Part shown: in pieces, positions 1-10,081 of the stretch
How the letters are laid out: each line of letters begins with the position of its first letter
Numbering within the stretch: position 1 is the stretch's first letter
Origin: an uncultured delta proteobacterium
GTDB taxonomy: Bacteria; Desulfobacterota; Binatia; UBA9968
DNA length: 64,000 nt
Reading direction: 5' to 3'
Assembly (NCBI GenBank): GCA_963847445.1
Contig: CAWJZV010000007.1
Location: 256,001-320,000 of the forward strand
Position numbers and translations under genes: made by a program
Notes under the pieces: model-generated
The model's input: only the letters and a program-made list of their open reading frames with translations
Told to the model about the DNA's origin: nothing
The model's database searches: none

Positions 1-1131
1 CACGGCGATGATGTTCGCGATCACCAAAGTCCAAACCATCGAGAAGGTGATCGGCAGATGCTTGGTCAGCATGTCGGGTCCGGGTGAGAGGCCCATGATC
101 AAAAAAGCGCTGAGCAGGATCGCCATGGCGCCGCTGCCGGGAACGCCGAAGGCGACCGTCGGGATCAGTTCGCCGCCTTCTTTCGAATTATTCGCCGCGC
201 CCGGTCCGAGAACACCGCGCACATCGCCTTTGCCGAAGCGTTCTCTGTCCTTGGCATCCTTGGCGCCTTGGACGGCATGAGCGTAGGCCATCCATTGGGC
301 AACGCCGCCGCCCGCTCCTGGCAGGATGCCGACGAATACACCGACCACTGAGCAGCGAAACACCAGCCAAAAATGGCGAAAGGTATCTTTGATCCCTTCG
401 ATCACGCCGCTACGCAAATTCTCCGCCGGCCGCTCCCCCGCGATCGCGGTGCCGCGCACAGTGAGATCGATAATTTCCGGGATCGCGAAGACACCGACCA
501 ACACTGGCACGAAGTCGAGACCTTCCCACAAATACATCAACCCCATGTCAAAACGGAGCGAACCGGACTGACGCTCTTGGCCAATGGTCGACACCAGCAG
601 ACCGAACAGACCCATAGCGAAGCCCTTGACCTGTCCGTGCGCGCCGGCGCCGCTGAGCGAGGTGATGCAGGATATGCCGATAACCGCCAACATGAACAGC
701 TCCGGCGAACCAAAGGCGAGCACCAGCGGGCGGACGATCGGAATTGCCAGCGCCAACGCCACCGCGCCGATCACCGCGCCGACCAGCGAGCTCATCAGCG
801 CGGCGCCGAGGGCGCGTCCAGCCTCGCCATTCTTTGCCATCGGATGACCATCGACAACCGTGGCGGCGGAGATCGCCTCGCCGGGCACACCGAAAAGCAC
901 CGAGGTAATATCGCCAGTGGTCGCGGCGACGGCGTGCATGCCGAGCAGAAACGCGAACGCCTCGGCGGGCTGCATTTTGAAAACGAACGGGATCATCAAG
1001 GCGAGAGTGGCCGCCCCACCGATGCCGGGGAGCAGGCCGACGCAGAAGCCAAGACCCATGCCGACCAGCATCAAGCTGAAAGCTTTCCATTGAAGCACCA
1101 GGAAGAGACCGTCGATGAATGCGTCGAACAT
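1..1131 (-). CDS. tctA: Tripartite tricarboxylate transporter large membrane subunit TctA (runs off the window start)
   Basis: Manual minus-strand translation from ATG at 1131: MFDAFIDGLFLVLQWKAF...VGLLPGIGG...LFGVPGEAISAATVVDGHPMAK...GAANNSKEGGELIPTVAFGVPG. These are TctA signature motifs. Absent from the ORF track because it is truncated. Confidence 0.9.
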   Translation of the reverse strand, partial: MFDAFIDGLFLVLQWKAFSLMLVGMGLGFCVGLLPGIGGAATLALMIPFVFKMQPAEAFAFLLGMHAVAATTGDITSVLFGVPGEAISAATVVDGHPMAKNGEAGRALGAALMSSLVGAVIGAVALALAIPIVRPLVLAFGSPELFMLAVIGISCITSLSGAGAHGQVKGFAMGLFGLLVSTIGQERQSGSLRFDMGLMYLWEGLDFVPVLVGVFAIPEIIDLTVRGTAIAGERPAENLRSGVIEGIKDTFRHFWLVFRCSVVGVFVGILPGAGGGVAQWMAYAHAVQGAKDAKDRERFGKGDVRGVLGPGAANNSKEGGELIPTVAFGVPGSGAMAILLSAFLIMGLSPGPDMLTKHLPITFSMVWTLVIANIIAV

Positions 1132-1208
1132 CGTCTAGCTGCCTTTACCACGGTGCCTGGACCCGGTTGCGAGATTGCCGGCGTAACTGGGCGACCAACA
1201 CCGGCGCG

Positions 1209-1238
1209 ACTATATGGGAGCGACGATTTTACTGTCAA
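1209..1238 (-). promoter_or_regulatory. Putative sigma-70 promoter of tctA
   Basis: Minus strand TTGACA-N18-TATAGT about 80 bp upstream of the start codon. Confidence 0.55.
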
Positions 1239-1418
1239 GCAAAGATTCGTACCGAGCGGCGAAATGTGAGAAAAGATTTAACCGCAGACCCAGGGTTAGT
1301 CCAAAAAGTTCGCTGGATATTGTTGTAACAGCGCTGCTGCGCGTAATCGCAGATCCACACTTGAGACCAGTGGATTGGGACGACTCTTTGCCGAGAAATT
1401 GCTCTACCGACAGATAAT

Positions 1419-3882
1419 TTAGTGCGGCAGAGCGTGACTTTCGCTGGCGGCGGCGGGCGGGGTGAGACGAGTCAGCAAGCTGACGATCGCCTCGTAATTG
1501 ACCGGTTTGGTCAGATGGGCGTCGAAGCCGGCTTCCTGGGTACGCCGCCGGTCTTGTTGCTGGCCCCAACCGGTGAGGGCGATGAGAATCATCGATTTGC
1601 CCCAAGGCTGTTGGCGTATCCGGTTCGCCGCTTGATAACCGTCGAGTCTCGGCATGGCGAGGTCCATTAAGATAATATCCGGCAAGAATTCCGCGGCCGC
1701 TTCCACCGCCGCGACGCCGTCCTTGGCGATCTGTACTTCGTTACCGTCTTTCTCCAGCAGGCGCGCCAAGGTCTCGGCGGACTGGGGGAAATCATCCGCC
1801 ACTAGAATGCGCCGGCTCCGAACCGGCAAGGTACTTTGGTTGATTTGATCTTGTAGCAGGCCGTCGTTCACCGGGCGATGGGCGGTCACGGGTAATTGCA
1901 CGATGAATTCGCTGCCGCGGTTCATGCCCTCGCTGCGGACCTCGACTTTGCCGCCATGCAGTTCGACCAGCCGGTGCACCAGGGTCAAGCCTAGTCCAAG
2001 GCCACCCTCGCTGCGTGTAAACGAGCGGTCCACTTGGTAAAAGAGCTCGAAAACATGGGGCAGGCTTTCCGCCGCAATGCCGACTCCGGTGTCCTTGACT
2101 CGGATGACGACGGTATCGCCGGCCTGCTCGACATTGAGCCAAACATGACCTGGATCCGGGGTGTACTTAGCGGCATTGTTCAAAAGATTCATGAAGACCT
2201 GGGTGAGCCGAAGCCGATCGGCCTCGACGTAGATCGAATCCTGCGACATCGTCACGGTCAGTTCATGTTGCCGTTGGTCGATCAACGGCCGGCTCGATTC
2301 CACCGCCGCTCTGACAATCTCGGTGAGATTGAGCGGTTCCCTTTGCAATTCCAACTTTTCCCGAGTGATGCGGCTGACATCGAACAAGATCGTCGGTCAA
2401 GCGCGTGAGATATTTCACCTGGCGATCGATGATGTCCGGCCCCCAATGTGGATCGGGTAGTGGATGATTCGGGTCTTGTTGTAGGTTGACGACGTTACGC
2501 ACCAGCGACAGGGGATTACGCAATTCGTGGGCGAGGGTGGCTAAGAACTCATCTTTGCGCCGGTCGGCTTCACGCAAAGCCTCGCCGCTCAAACGCAGGG
2601 CGCCGTCGAGACGTAATTTTTCAACCGCCAGCCAAGTGCGTTCGGCGACCATATTGATGAGTAAGACTTCCCGTTCGCTCCACTGGCGCGGCTCGGCGTG
2701 CGCCATCGCCAACGCGGATACGAGCTGCCCGTCGCGCAGCAGCGGCACCGCGACCAAGGCACCGACGCCGACTCGCTGGTAAGACTCTATATGCATTCTC
2801 GTGCGCACATCATGGGCGACATCCGCGATCGTCGTGGTTTGACCGGCGCGGCCGGCCTCGGTCAACAACGGTCCAAACGCGCCCAGCGGATAGGTGCCGA
2901 CTAACGACGGGATATGCGGGTGATAATCGCGCTGAATGACGAAGCGATTCTGCTCCGTATCGATCTCGAGAAACGCGCAGCGGTTGACTTTGACATGTTC
3001 GCCCAAGGCCACCGCAACGACCCAGGTGAGCTCATCGGCGTTGGCCGCGAAGCGTATGCAGTCAGCGAGATCCAAGAGAAACAAGAGTATCGGCTTCGGC
3101 CTGTTTCCGCGCTGTGATATCGCGTACCGCGACGTTGACTCCAAGTAGTTCGCCGCTCGGGTTGTGCACCGGGAAGTAGGTTGCCAGCCAAGAATGGCGC
3201 TCGCCGGGTGCGCTGCCGTAGCACCTTTGATTTCGACATCCAAGACTGGCTTACCGCTCTCGATCACCCGGCGGTAATAAACCTCGATGGTATCCGCCAG
3301 ATCCGGATTGGCGTCCCGAATGGTTTTACCGATAAAATACTCCGGCGCCCGGCCATGCATTTCGGCCAACGCCGCGTTCATCGACAAATAGCGCATATTG
3401 AGATCGACAAAACACAAACCCACCGGTGCCGAAGTATAAATGGTGTTGAGCAGAGCCAGCCGTTCGTTGGCGATACGCTCGCTATCGAGCCGGTCGGCTT
3501 CGACCGAGCTGATGGCGCAGCCCAATGTTGTCACGCTCCAGATCATCAACAGGGCGAAACCTTGATTTTCCAAGCTGGCCAAGCCGGCCAGTCGCCGAGG
3601 TGCGGTGCATGTAATACGCATCCGCCAGTAGCATCACCGTACAGGCTACCGCCACGGCAATCTTTTCCCACTTGCTGGGCAGCGCCACGGCCAACACCAT
3701 TGCGGCGGCATAACTGATTGGAATCGCTATATGCGCCGAAATCCACATGTCGAGGAGGTAAAAGAGCCCGACCAAAAGCACCGCCACGATACAAACGAAA
3801 CGCGAACCGACACCTGGAAGGGAGTGTGGCGTTGGCGCGGTGTGCCGATAGTGGGAAGCGGTACAGGTTGTTGGATATTCAT
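1419..3882 (-). CDS. Membrane-bound hybrid sensor histidine kinase/response regulator (TM-PAS-GAF-HisKA-HATPase-REC), split by frameshifts
   Basis: ORFs 3482-3787, 2263-3621 and 1419-2387 join. Motifs: PAS (SAPVGLCFVDLNMRYLSMN), GAF, KDEFLATLAHELRNPL H-box, NLLNNAAKYT, GGLGLGL, receiver ILVADD...DIILMDLAMP...HLTKP. Start approximate. Confidence 0.88.
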
Positions 3883-4053
3883 GATCGACTAAACAGACAG
3901 CGTAAACTTCAGGAACGATGCCGTAGTGTAACAGACACGCTCTAGATCAAACAAGCATCAATATCTCCGGCCCACGAGTTACGCTTTGGGACGCTTGACA
4001 ACCTCCCGAGCCCAGACAATAGATGACGGAAACAGCTACGATAGGGGGATTCG

Positions 4054-5652
4054 ATGGCCAACAGGGTAAAATATTATCGAGATTTTCGCGAGCATTTAAA
4101 GGCGCTCGAAGAGCGCGGCAAATTAGTCCGCATCCAGCGTGAAATCAACAAAGACACCGAGCTGATGCCACTGGTGCGCTGGCAGTTTCGCGGGCTCGAC
4201 GAACGCGAGCGCAAGGCCTTCATGTTCGAGAGAATCATCGATTCCAAGGGCAAACGTTATTCGATGCCCGTGACCGTGGGGACCTTGGCGGCAACCACGG
4301 AAATCTACGCCATCGGCATGATGTGCGAACCCGAGCAAATCGCCGAGCGCTGGAATCAAGCCCAGTTGAACCCCTTCGACCCCATCAAGGTAACTTCGGC
4401 GCCCGTCCATGAGGTGGTCTGGCAAGGTCAAGATATTCTCAACGGCCATGGCCTCGACATGATCCCGGTGCCGATCTCGACCCCAGGCTTCGACAATGCG
4501 CCCTACTTAACCTCGGCCAACTGGATCACCAAGGATCCCGAAACCGGCATCTACAACATCGGCAACTATCGCAGCCAGATCAAGTCGGCCAACCGCACCG
4601 GCGGCCTGTTCACTACGCAACATATGGGGCAGCACTGGCGCAAGGCGAAAGCCAAGGGGCAACGACTGGAAGCCTGCATCGCCATCGGCGTCGTGCCGAG
4701 CATCGCTTACTCGGCGACTGCCAAGATCCCCTACGACTTCGACGAATACCGCCTTGCCGGCGGCCTGGCCGGCGCGCCCGTGGAGGTTGTGCAAGCGAAA
4801 ACCGTGGACCTACTCGTGCCCGCCACCGCGGAAATCATCATCGAAGGGACGATTCCCACCGACGTCGTCGAGCCCGAAGGCCCGTTTGGCGAATATCCGG
4901 GCTACATGGGGCATCGCACCGAATCGCCATTTCTCGAAGTCACCTGTATCACGCACCGGCGCGACGCGATTTACACCGCGCTGATGAGCCAGTTCCCGCC
5001 CAGCGAGTCGAGCAAGATCAAGCACACCGGCACGGAAAAAATTATTTATAAACTGTTGCGCCATGACAGCGGCAACGCGGCGGTGCTCGACGTCGCGCTC
5101 CATGACGAAGTCAGCGGCAGCGGCCAAGCCTATTGCGTGATCAAAATGCGCAACGCGACCAAAGCCGAAGCCTGGCGCGCGCTCCATGCCACCGCTGGAT
5201 TCACCGGCAGCTACGCTAAAGTCTGCGTCGCCGTGGATGAAGACATCGACATTCACGATCCGGCGATGATCAATTGGGCGATCTGCTACAATATGCGCCC
5301 CGATGAAGATGTCGTAATCTCCAAAGGTAAGATGCCCGGCCTCGATCCGTCGACCTATCCGCCGGGAATGGAAAATCAAGACCGGCGCGCCGCCTCAACC
5401 TCCGCGTTGCTGATCAACGCCATCCGTCCCTGGCCTTATACGCCGGTGTCGCTGCCCAAGAAAGAGTTCATGGAGCGGTCCAAACAGATCTGGGAAGAGC
5501 TCGAGCTGCCGCCGCTCAAGCCGCGCATGCCCTGGTTCGGTTACAGCTTGGGCGCCTGGACTAAGCAAGACGAAGAAGAAGCGGATCTGGCGGTCAAAGG
5601 CGATTACTTCGAAACCGGCAAGAAGCAGACTGGGCAGAGGAAAAAATCGTAA
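4054..5652 (+). CDS. UbiD-family (prFMN-dependent) decarboxylase
   Basis: DFREHLKALEERGKLVRI N-terminus, YNIGNYR, AEIIIEG and EGPFGEYPGY catalytic motif, VDEDIDI; GGGGA RBS. Confidence 0.92.
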   Translation: MANRVKYYRDFREHLKALEERGKLVRIQREINKDTELMPLVRWQFRGLDERERKAFMFERIIDSKGKRYSMPVTVGTLAATTEIYAIGMMCEPEQIAERWNQAQLNPFDPIKVTSAPVHEVVWQGQDILNGHGLDMIPVPISTPGFDNAPYLTSANWITKDPETGIYNIGNYRSQIKSANRTGGLFTTQHMGQHWRKAKAKGQRLEACIAIGVVPSIAYSATAKIPYDFDEYRLAGGLAGAPVEVVQAKTVDLLVPATAEIIIEGTIPTDVVEPEGPFGEYPGYMGHRTESPFLEVTCITHRRDAIYTALMSQFPPSESSKIKHTGTEKIIYKLLRHDSGNAAVLDVALHDEVSGSGQAYCVIKMRNATKAEAWRALHATAGFTGSYAKVCVAVDEDIDIHDPAMINWAICYNMRPDEDVVISKGKMPGLDPSTYPPGMENQDRRAASTSALLINAIRPWPYTPVSLPKKEFMERSKQIWEELELPPLKPRMPWFGYSLGAWTKQDEEEADLAVKGDYFETGKKQTGQRKKS

Positions 5653-5705
5653 GCGCGGAAAGGACCGACGGCGGAAGGATAAACTTCGTCCGTCAATCTT
5701 CTACC

Positions 5706-6158
5706 TTAGAAAAGAGCCGGCACCCAACGTTTCACCGACGCCATATAATTCACATAAGGCTGGCCGAGGGTTTGAATGAGCTTTTTCTCGTCGCCGATAA
5801 CCCGGCGGTGAAACCATATTGCCGTGGCGATGGTGATTAACGCTGCAAGCCAGGATTTTAGCGTCAGGGTGAGGCCGATGAGAAAGATCAAGTGGCCCAA
5901 GTACATCGGGTTTCGCGTATAGCGATAGAGACCGGTGGTAACCAACCGCTCCGGCGGCGTTTCCACCCCCGGACCGCCGCCGCCGCGCGTCGCCCGGTAG
6001 CGGCCGCACAGTCGATATTGCAAATAGCCCCAGAGCATCAGCGGCAGGAACCAGAGATTGGCTTGAAGTTGGTTTCGCGCAAACGCCAGCTCCCACGTTA
6101 AGGCGACCGCCGGATAGACGATAAAGGTTCGCACCGGTGTGCGGCTAAAGAATCTCAT
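5706..6158 (-). CDS. Isoprenylcysteine carboxyl methyltransferase/PEMT-family membrane protein
   Basis: LVTTGLYRYTRNPMYLG motif and C-terminal Y..Y...VKRW. Confidence 0.85.
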   Translation of the reverse strand: MRFFSRTPVRTFIVYPAVALTWELAFARNQLQANLWFLPLMLWGYLQYRLCGRYRATRGGGGPGVETPPERLVTTGLYRYTRNPMYLGHLIFLIGLTLTLKSWLAALITIATAIWFHRRVIGDEKKLIQTLGQPYVNYMASVKRWVPALF

Positions 6159-6173
6159 CGTTGCCCATACAGT

Positions 6174-6930
6174 ATGTCCTTCGATCTAACCCATATTCTC
6201 GTCGGCGTCGCTTTGTTATTGGCCGCCTTCGTCAAAGGCGCCACCGGTCTTGGGCTTTCCGCTGATTGCGACGCCGATGGTGGCGCTACTTTTGGACATT
6301 CGCGTCGCCGTGACGATACTCATCCTGCCCAATCTTTTGATGGACATCACTCAGGTGTTTCGCGACGGCTTCCCCGACACGGTCCTGCAGCGCTTCAAAT
6401 CTATGATCGGTCTGACCATCATCGGGGTTTTCCTTGGCACGATGGTGTTAGTGATGCTGCCGCTGTGGGCGCTCAATTTGTGTCTCGGCATCATGGTCAT
6501 CGTTTTCGTGGTTTCCAACCTGCTCAAGTTCAACTTCGTCATATCCCCCGCGGCGGAAAAAAAACTGTCGCCGATTGTCGGGCTGCTGAGCGGGTTCTTA
6601 AACGGCATGACCAATGCCGCCGGACCGATCTTGGCAATTTACTTCTACAGCCTAAAATTAGAGAAGCGAAACTTCGTCAAATCCGTCGCGACGATCTTCA
6701 TGATCACCAAGGCAGCGCAGCTGATCGCGGTGTCGACCTGGAATTTATTCAATTGGAATACCCTCACGCTGTCGCTGCAAGTGCTGCTGTTTACGCTGCT
6801 CGGCTTCTTCGCCGGTCTGAAGACTCAGGATCGGGTGAACCAAAAGACCTTTAGCCAGGGGTTGATGGTGCTGCTGTCGATTATCGGTGTGATCCTCATC
6901 GCGCGGGCGCTCACCCAGGCGCTGCAATGA
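6174..6930 (+). CDS. TauE/SafE-family (sulfite exporter) membrane protein, one frameshift near 6250
   Basis: AAFVKGATG[L]GFPLIATP...GLLSGFLNGMTNAAGP; about 8 hydrophobic segments. Confidence 0.85.
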
Positions 6931-6974
6931 GTCTTCATTATTTCGGCAAACGCGCCGAGCGCTATGAATTTTGC

Positions 6975-7698
6975 TCACAGCGCCGGCGCGTAAAGATTAT
7001 TCGGCAAAGCGCGCACGTAATCGATCGCCTCTTTAAGCGGGATCACGTCGGCATACTTCATCGCCATGTCGAACAGATTGATCTTGTGCGAAGCCTGACC
7101 GCGGTCGAAAACACATTCTTCGACCACCGAAACTTTCAGATTATAGGAAAACGCGTCGATGACGCTGGCGCGCACGCAGCCGCTGGTGGTGGTGCCGCAG
7201 ACCAGCAAGCTGTCGGCATGGACCTCGGTCAGCATGCTCATGAGCGCCGTGCCGAAAAAAGCGCTGGGCTTTTGCTTGCGCACGATGATGTCGCCGGGCT
7301 GGGGCGCGATCTCGTCGACGATCTGATTGGCTTTCTCCCATTGCTCGGTCATATCTTCCGTGGATCGGTTGCTCTTGGCCGCCCAACCGCCGACCAGCAC
7401 CGTGCGAATTGGCGCGATTCTCCTCGGCGGTGGTATAAAACGTCGGCACATGCTTTTTGCGAGCTTCGCCGAGCAACTCGCCAATGGCATGGACGCCGTC
7501 CCAACCTTCCTCGCCGCAGCTGGTGCGAAAGCGCTTGACCGACTCGAGAATGGGCTCGGGCTTGTCGCCGGTAAAATTGTAATTGACGTCGATGATTAAT
7601 AGCGCCGGCCGTTGCCCGAGGCCGGCTTTCTTGCCGAAACCGGAAAGCGCAAACACTTCCTTGTCGCGCGGGGTCAAAATATCGTCCCAGGTCGCCAT
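6975..7698 (-). CDS. Isochorismatase-family cysteine hydrolase (N-carbamoylsarcosine amidase/maleamate amidase-like), frameshifted
   Basis: RPALLIIDVNYNF, KQKPSAFFGT, GTTTSGCVRASVIDA (Asp-Lys-Cys triad) across ORFs 7141-7698 and 6975-7490. Confidence 0.88.
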
Positions 7699-7853
7699 GA
7701 GAAATCCTCCCTATCGTCAAGTTAGCGCGATGTTCATAATAAACCGGCGGTGATGTCAAGATGATTATCGCCAGCAACTCATTGACCCCAAGCCAGCCGA
7801 CGCTTATAACGTGGAAAGCGCAGTGACAAGCCGTTAGAGGTGCCACGCCAACC

Positions 7854-8405
7854 ATGAGGCAAATCAGATTGAAGCTGAAATTAGTTTTAGTAATTCTGCT
7901 CGTGTCCAGCTGCGGTTCGCCGGTGGCGGTATGGACCGACGGCGAGGTACCGTTTGTCCGCTCGACGCCGGAAGTGATCGAGCGCATGCTTGAATTGGCG
8001 CGGGTCAAACCTGGCGATGTCATTTACGATATCGGCAGCGGCGACGGCGCGATCATCATCCATGCCGCCAAGAAATACGGCGTCAAAGGCGTCGGCATAG
8101 AAATCGACCAGGATTTAGTCGCCCGCGCGCGCAACAACGCGTATCGGGAGAAAGTCGAACATCTCGTCGAGTTCCGCGCCCAGGATGCCTTCACCGTCGA
8201 CATGTCGCCGGCCACCGTCGTGACGCTGTATATGCTGCCTGAGTTCAACGCCAAGCTGCGGCCGATCATGGACCGCCAGCTCAAGCCCGGCACGCGCGTC
8301 GTCTCCCACGACTATCCTGTGGAAGGGTGGACACCGGACCGCGTGGAACCGGTGCGCGGCGACTTCGTGCATAACCATACGGTGCTACTATTTGAGATCC
8401 GCTAA
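7854..8405 (+). CDS. Class I SAM-dependent methyltransferase with N-terminal lipoprotein-like signal
   Basis: VPFVRSTPEVIERMLELA, DIGSGDG motif I, GIEID, LKPGTRVVSHDY; N-terminal LLVSSC. Confidence 0.85.
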   Translation: MRQIRLKLKLVLVILLVSSCGSPVAVWTDGEVPFVRSTPEVIERMLELARVKPGDVIYDIGSGDGAIIIHAAKKYGVKGVGIEIDQDLVARARNNAYREKVEHLVEFRAQDAFTVDMSPATVVTLYMLPEFNAKLRPIMDRQLKPGTRVVSHDYPVEGWTPDRVEPVRGDFVHNHTVLLFEIR

Positions 8406-8408
8406 AAC

Positions 8409-8440
8409 CCAAAAGGCCCCGCACTGGCGGGGCCTTTTGG
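8409..8440. terminator. Bidirectional rho-independent terminator
   Basis: CCAAAAGGCCCCGC-ACTG-GCGGGGCCTTTTGG perfect hairpin between convergent genes. Confidence 0.85.
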
Positions 8441-8460
8441 CTTACGCGCTCGAAACAATG

Positions 8461-10002
8461 CTAGTCGCTGAGAGTCGTCGGAAACATCAGCGACTTAACC
8501 GTCACCGGAATGACTTCAGTGATACCCAAGCATTCGCCGATATCGATGTAATCCAGATCGCCGACCTCGATGCCGTCGATGGCGATAATGTCGCGGGTAA
8601 CTTTGAGTTCATCCCTGAGAATGGCGCCAAGTGACTTGGCGATGTCCAGGTCCAGGGTCAAATAGAGCGGACATTTGGCGTCGTCGGCGTCTTTGAGAAT
8701 CTGCGCCACGCCTTCGGCGATGCGCCGGACCGATTGATAGTTGGGCACGCCGCTGACGGTCAATGACAAGGCCAACCCTGACGTGAAGCAGCTCAGGTCG
8801 AACTTTCTGAGCGACTGTTTGATCGCATCGGCCACCGATTCGCCGTCGCGGATCGGCGCTTGGATAACTTTCAAGCCATGCACCGGCAGAGCTTTTTCGT
8901 TGGAGACATAACTGGTGTTGCCGCTCGCTTGGATGGTGTACTCGCCGGCGCCGATGACCGTGGCGCGAATCCCTTCGATGGGCTCGCGCAGGACATCCTT
9001 CGGTAGTTTTTTTAAATAGTCGCGCATGTTCTTGCCGAGCACCGGCCCGATGTCGCCGTAGGATTTGGCATCGCGGTCGTAAACATGCTCGGAAACGCCG
9101 CCGGAAAACACCAGATGCTGTACTTGCTTGAACCCTGTGTAGTTGACGAAAGGCGGGGTCACCATCAAGGATCTCGCCATCGGCGACGTGGGCCCCTGTT
9201 CGATGATCTCGAAGAGAATCTTTGCCATATAGGCGCCGAAGTCTTCTTTCATTTTCTCGCTGATCTTCTCGCCAAGCTCGACTTTATGGCCAAGCTCCTT
9301 CATCATCGTCCGGCCCGGATCTTCGATGCGCGTGATCTGATCCTTTTCATCGAAAGCGATCAGCCGCGCGCCGACGCTGATCGACGCCGTCTGCGTCACC
9401 ATGCCGTCTTCGACCAGAGAAAACTTGGTCGTGCCGCCGCCCATGTCGACGTTGAGCACGGTTTTATGTTCGCCCTTCGACAGATCCACCGCGCCGCAGC
9501 CATAGGCCGCCAGCAAAGCCTCATGATTATGGCCCGCCGCCGCGCAAATGAACTTGCCCGAATATTTGGCGAAGTTCTCGACGATCGGCTGGGCGTTTTC
9601 TTTCTTGAGCGCCTCGCCGGTGATGATCACCGCGCCGGTATCGACATCCTCCGGCGTCAAGCCCGCCTCTTTGTAAGCGTCTTGAATAAACTGGTTCACT
9701 TTGTCGGTATCGATCTTGGTCGCCGAAGTGTAAGGCGTCAGCATGATCGGCGAGCGGTACAACACCTCGCGACCGGTGACGCGGAATTTGCCGGACAACG
9801 ACGCGCCTTCGCGCCGCAGCGTGATATGCGAGAAGATCAAATGCGAGGTCGAAGAGCCGATGTCGATGCCCACGCTCTTGAGCGAGAACATCTCCAATCC
9901 TTCGATGTCGGTGACAATCTCGTCCTCTCCGATGATGAAATTATCCGGATGGTCGTGATCGTAGATATCGTCATGCATCTTTAGCCTCTGTATATCCGCC
10001 AT
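8461..10002 (-). CDS. EutA-family (ethanolamine ammonia-lyase reactivase-like) ASKHA ATPase
   Basis: SVGIDIGSSTSHLIFS, YRSPIMLTP, DTGAVIITGE, NVDMGGGTTK, FSGGVSE, IRATVIGAG, DYIDIG, IPVTVKSL are EutA-family motifs; His/Asp-rich N-terminus. Confidence 0.85.
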   Translation of the reverse strand: MADIQRLKMHDDIYDHDHPDNFIIGEDEIVTDIEGLEMFSLKSVGIDIGSSTSHLIFSHITLRREGASLSGKFRVTGREVLYRSPIMLTPYTSATKIDTDKVNQFIQDAYKEAGLTPEDVDTGAVIITGEALKKENAQPIVENFAKYSGKFICAAAGHNHEALLAAYGCGAVDLSKGEHKTVLNVDMGGGTTKFSLVEDGMVTQTASISVGARLIAFDEKDQITRIEDPGRTMMKELGHKVELGEKISEKMKEDFGAYMAKILFEIIEQGPTSPMARSLMVTPPFVNYTGFKQVQHLVFSGGVSEHVYDRDAKSYGDIGPVLGKNMRDYLKKLPKDVLREPIEGIRATVIGAGEYTIQASGNTSYVSNEKALPVHGLKVIQAPIRDGESVADAIKQSLRKFDLSCFTSGLALSLTVSGVPNYQSVRRIAEGVAQILKDADDAKCPLYLTLDLDIAKSLGAILRDELKVTRDIIAIDGIEVGDLDYIDIGECLGITEVIPVTVKSLMFPTTLSD

Positions 10003-10022
10003 TTTGTCCTACCCCAATAACA

Positions 10023-10052
10023 GGAATCCCCGCTCGCTGGAGCGGGGATTCC
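10023..10052 (-). terminator. Stem-loop between the cupin and EutA-like genes
   Basis: GGAATCCCCGCTC-GCTG-GAGCGGGGATTCC 13-bp perfect stem, followed on the minus strand by TGTTATT. Confidence 0.7.
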
Positions 10053-10081
10053 GTAATCGAATTTTTAAGTACTTACGGTAA

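Noticed and set aside
373-1269. 298-aa plus-strand ORF, and similar long antisense ORFs at 9085-9984, 12256-13251, 46381-47373 and 58476-59369
   Set aside because: Shadow ORFs opposite well-supported genes in high-GC DNA; no recognisable motifs.
5659-5695. Imperfect hairpin after the UbiD-family gene as a terminator
   Set aside because: The stem is mismatched and lacks a clear U-tract; not confident enough to call.
8461-10002. Ethanolamine utilisation (eut) microcompartment locus
   Set aside because: No eutB, eutC, shell or other eut genes in the window.
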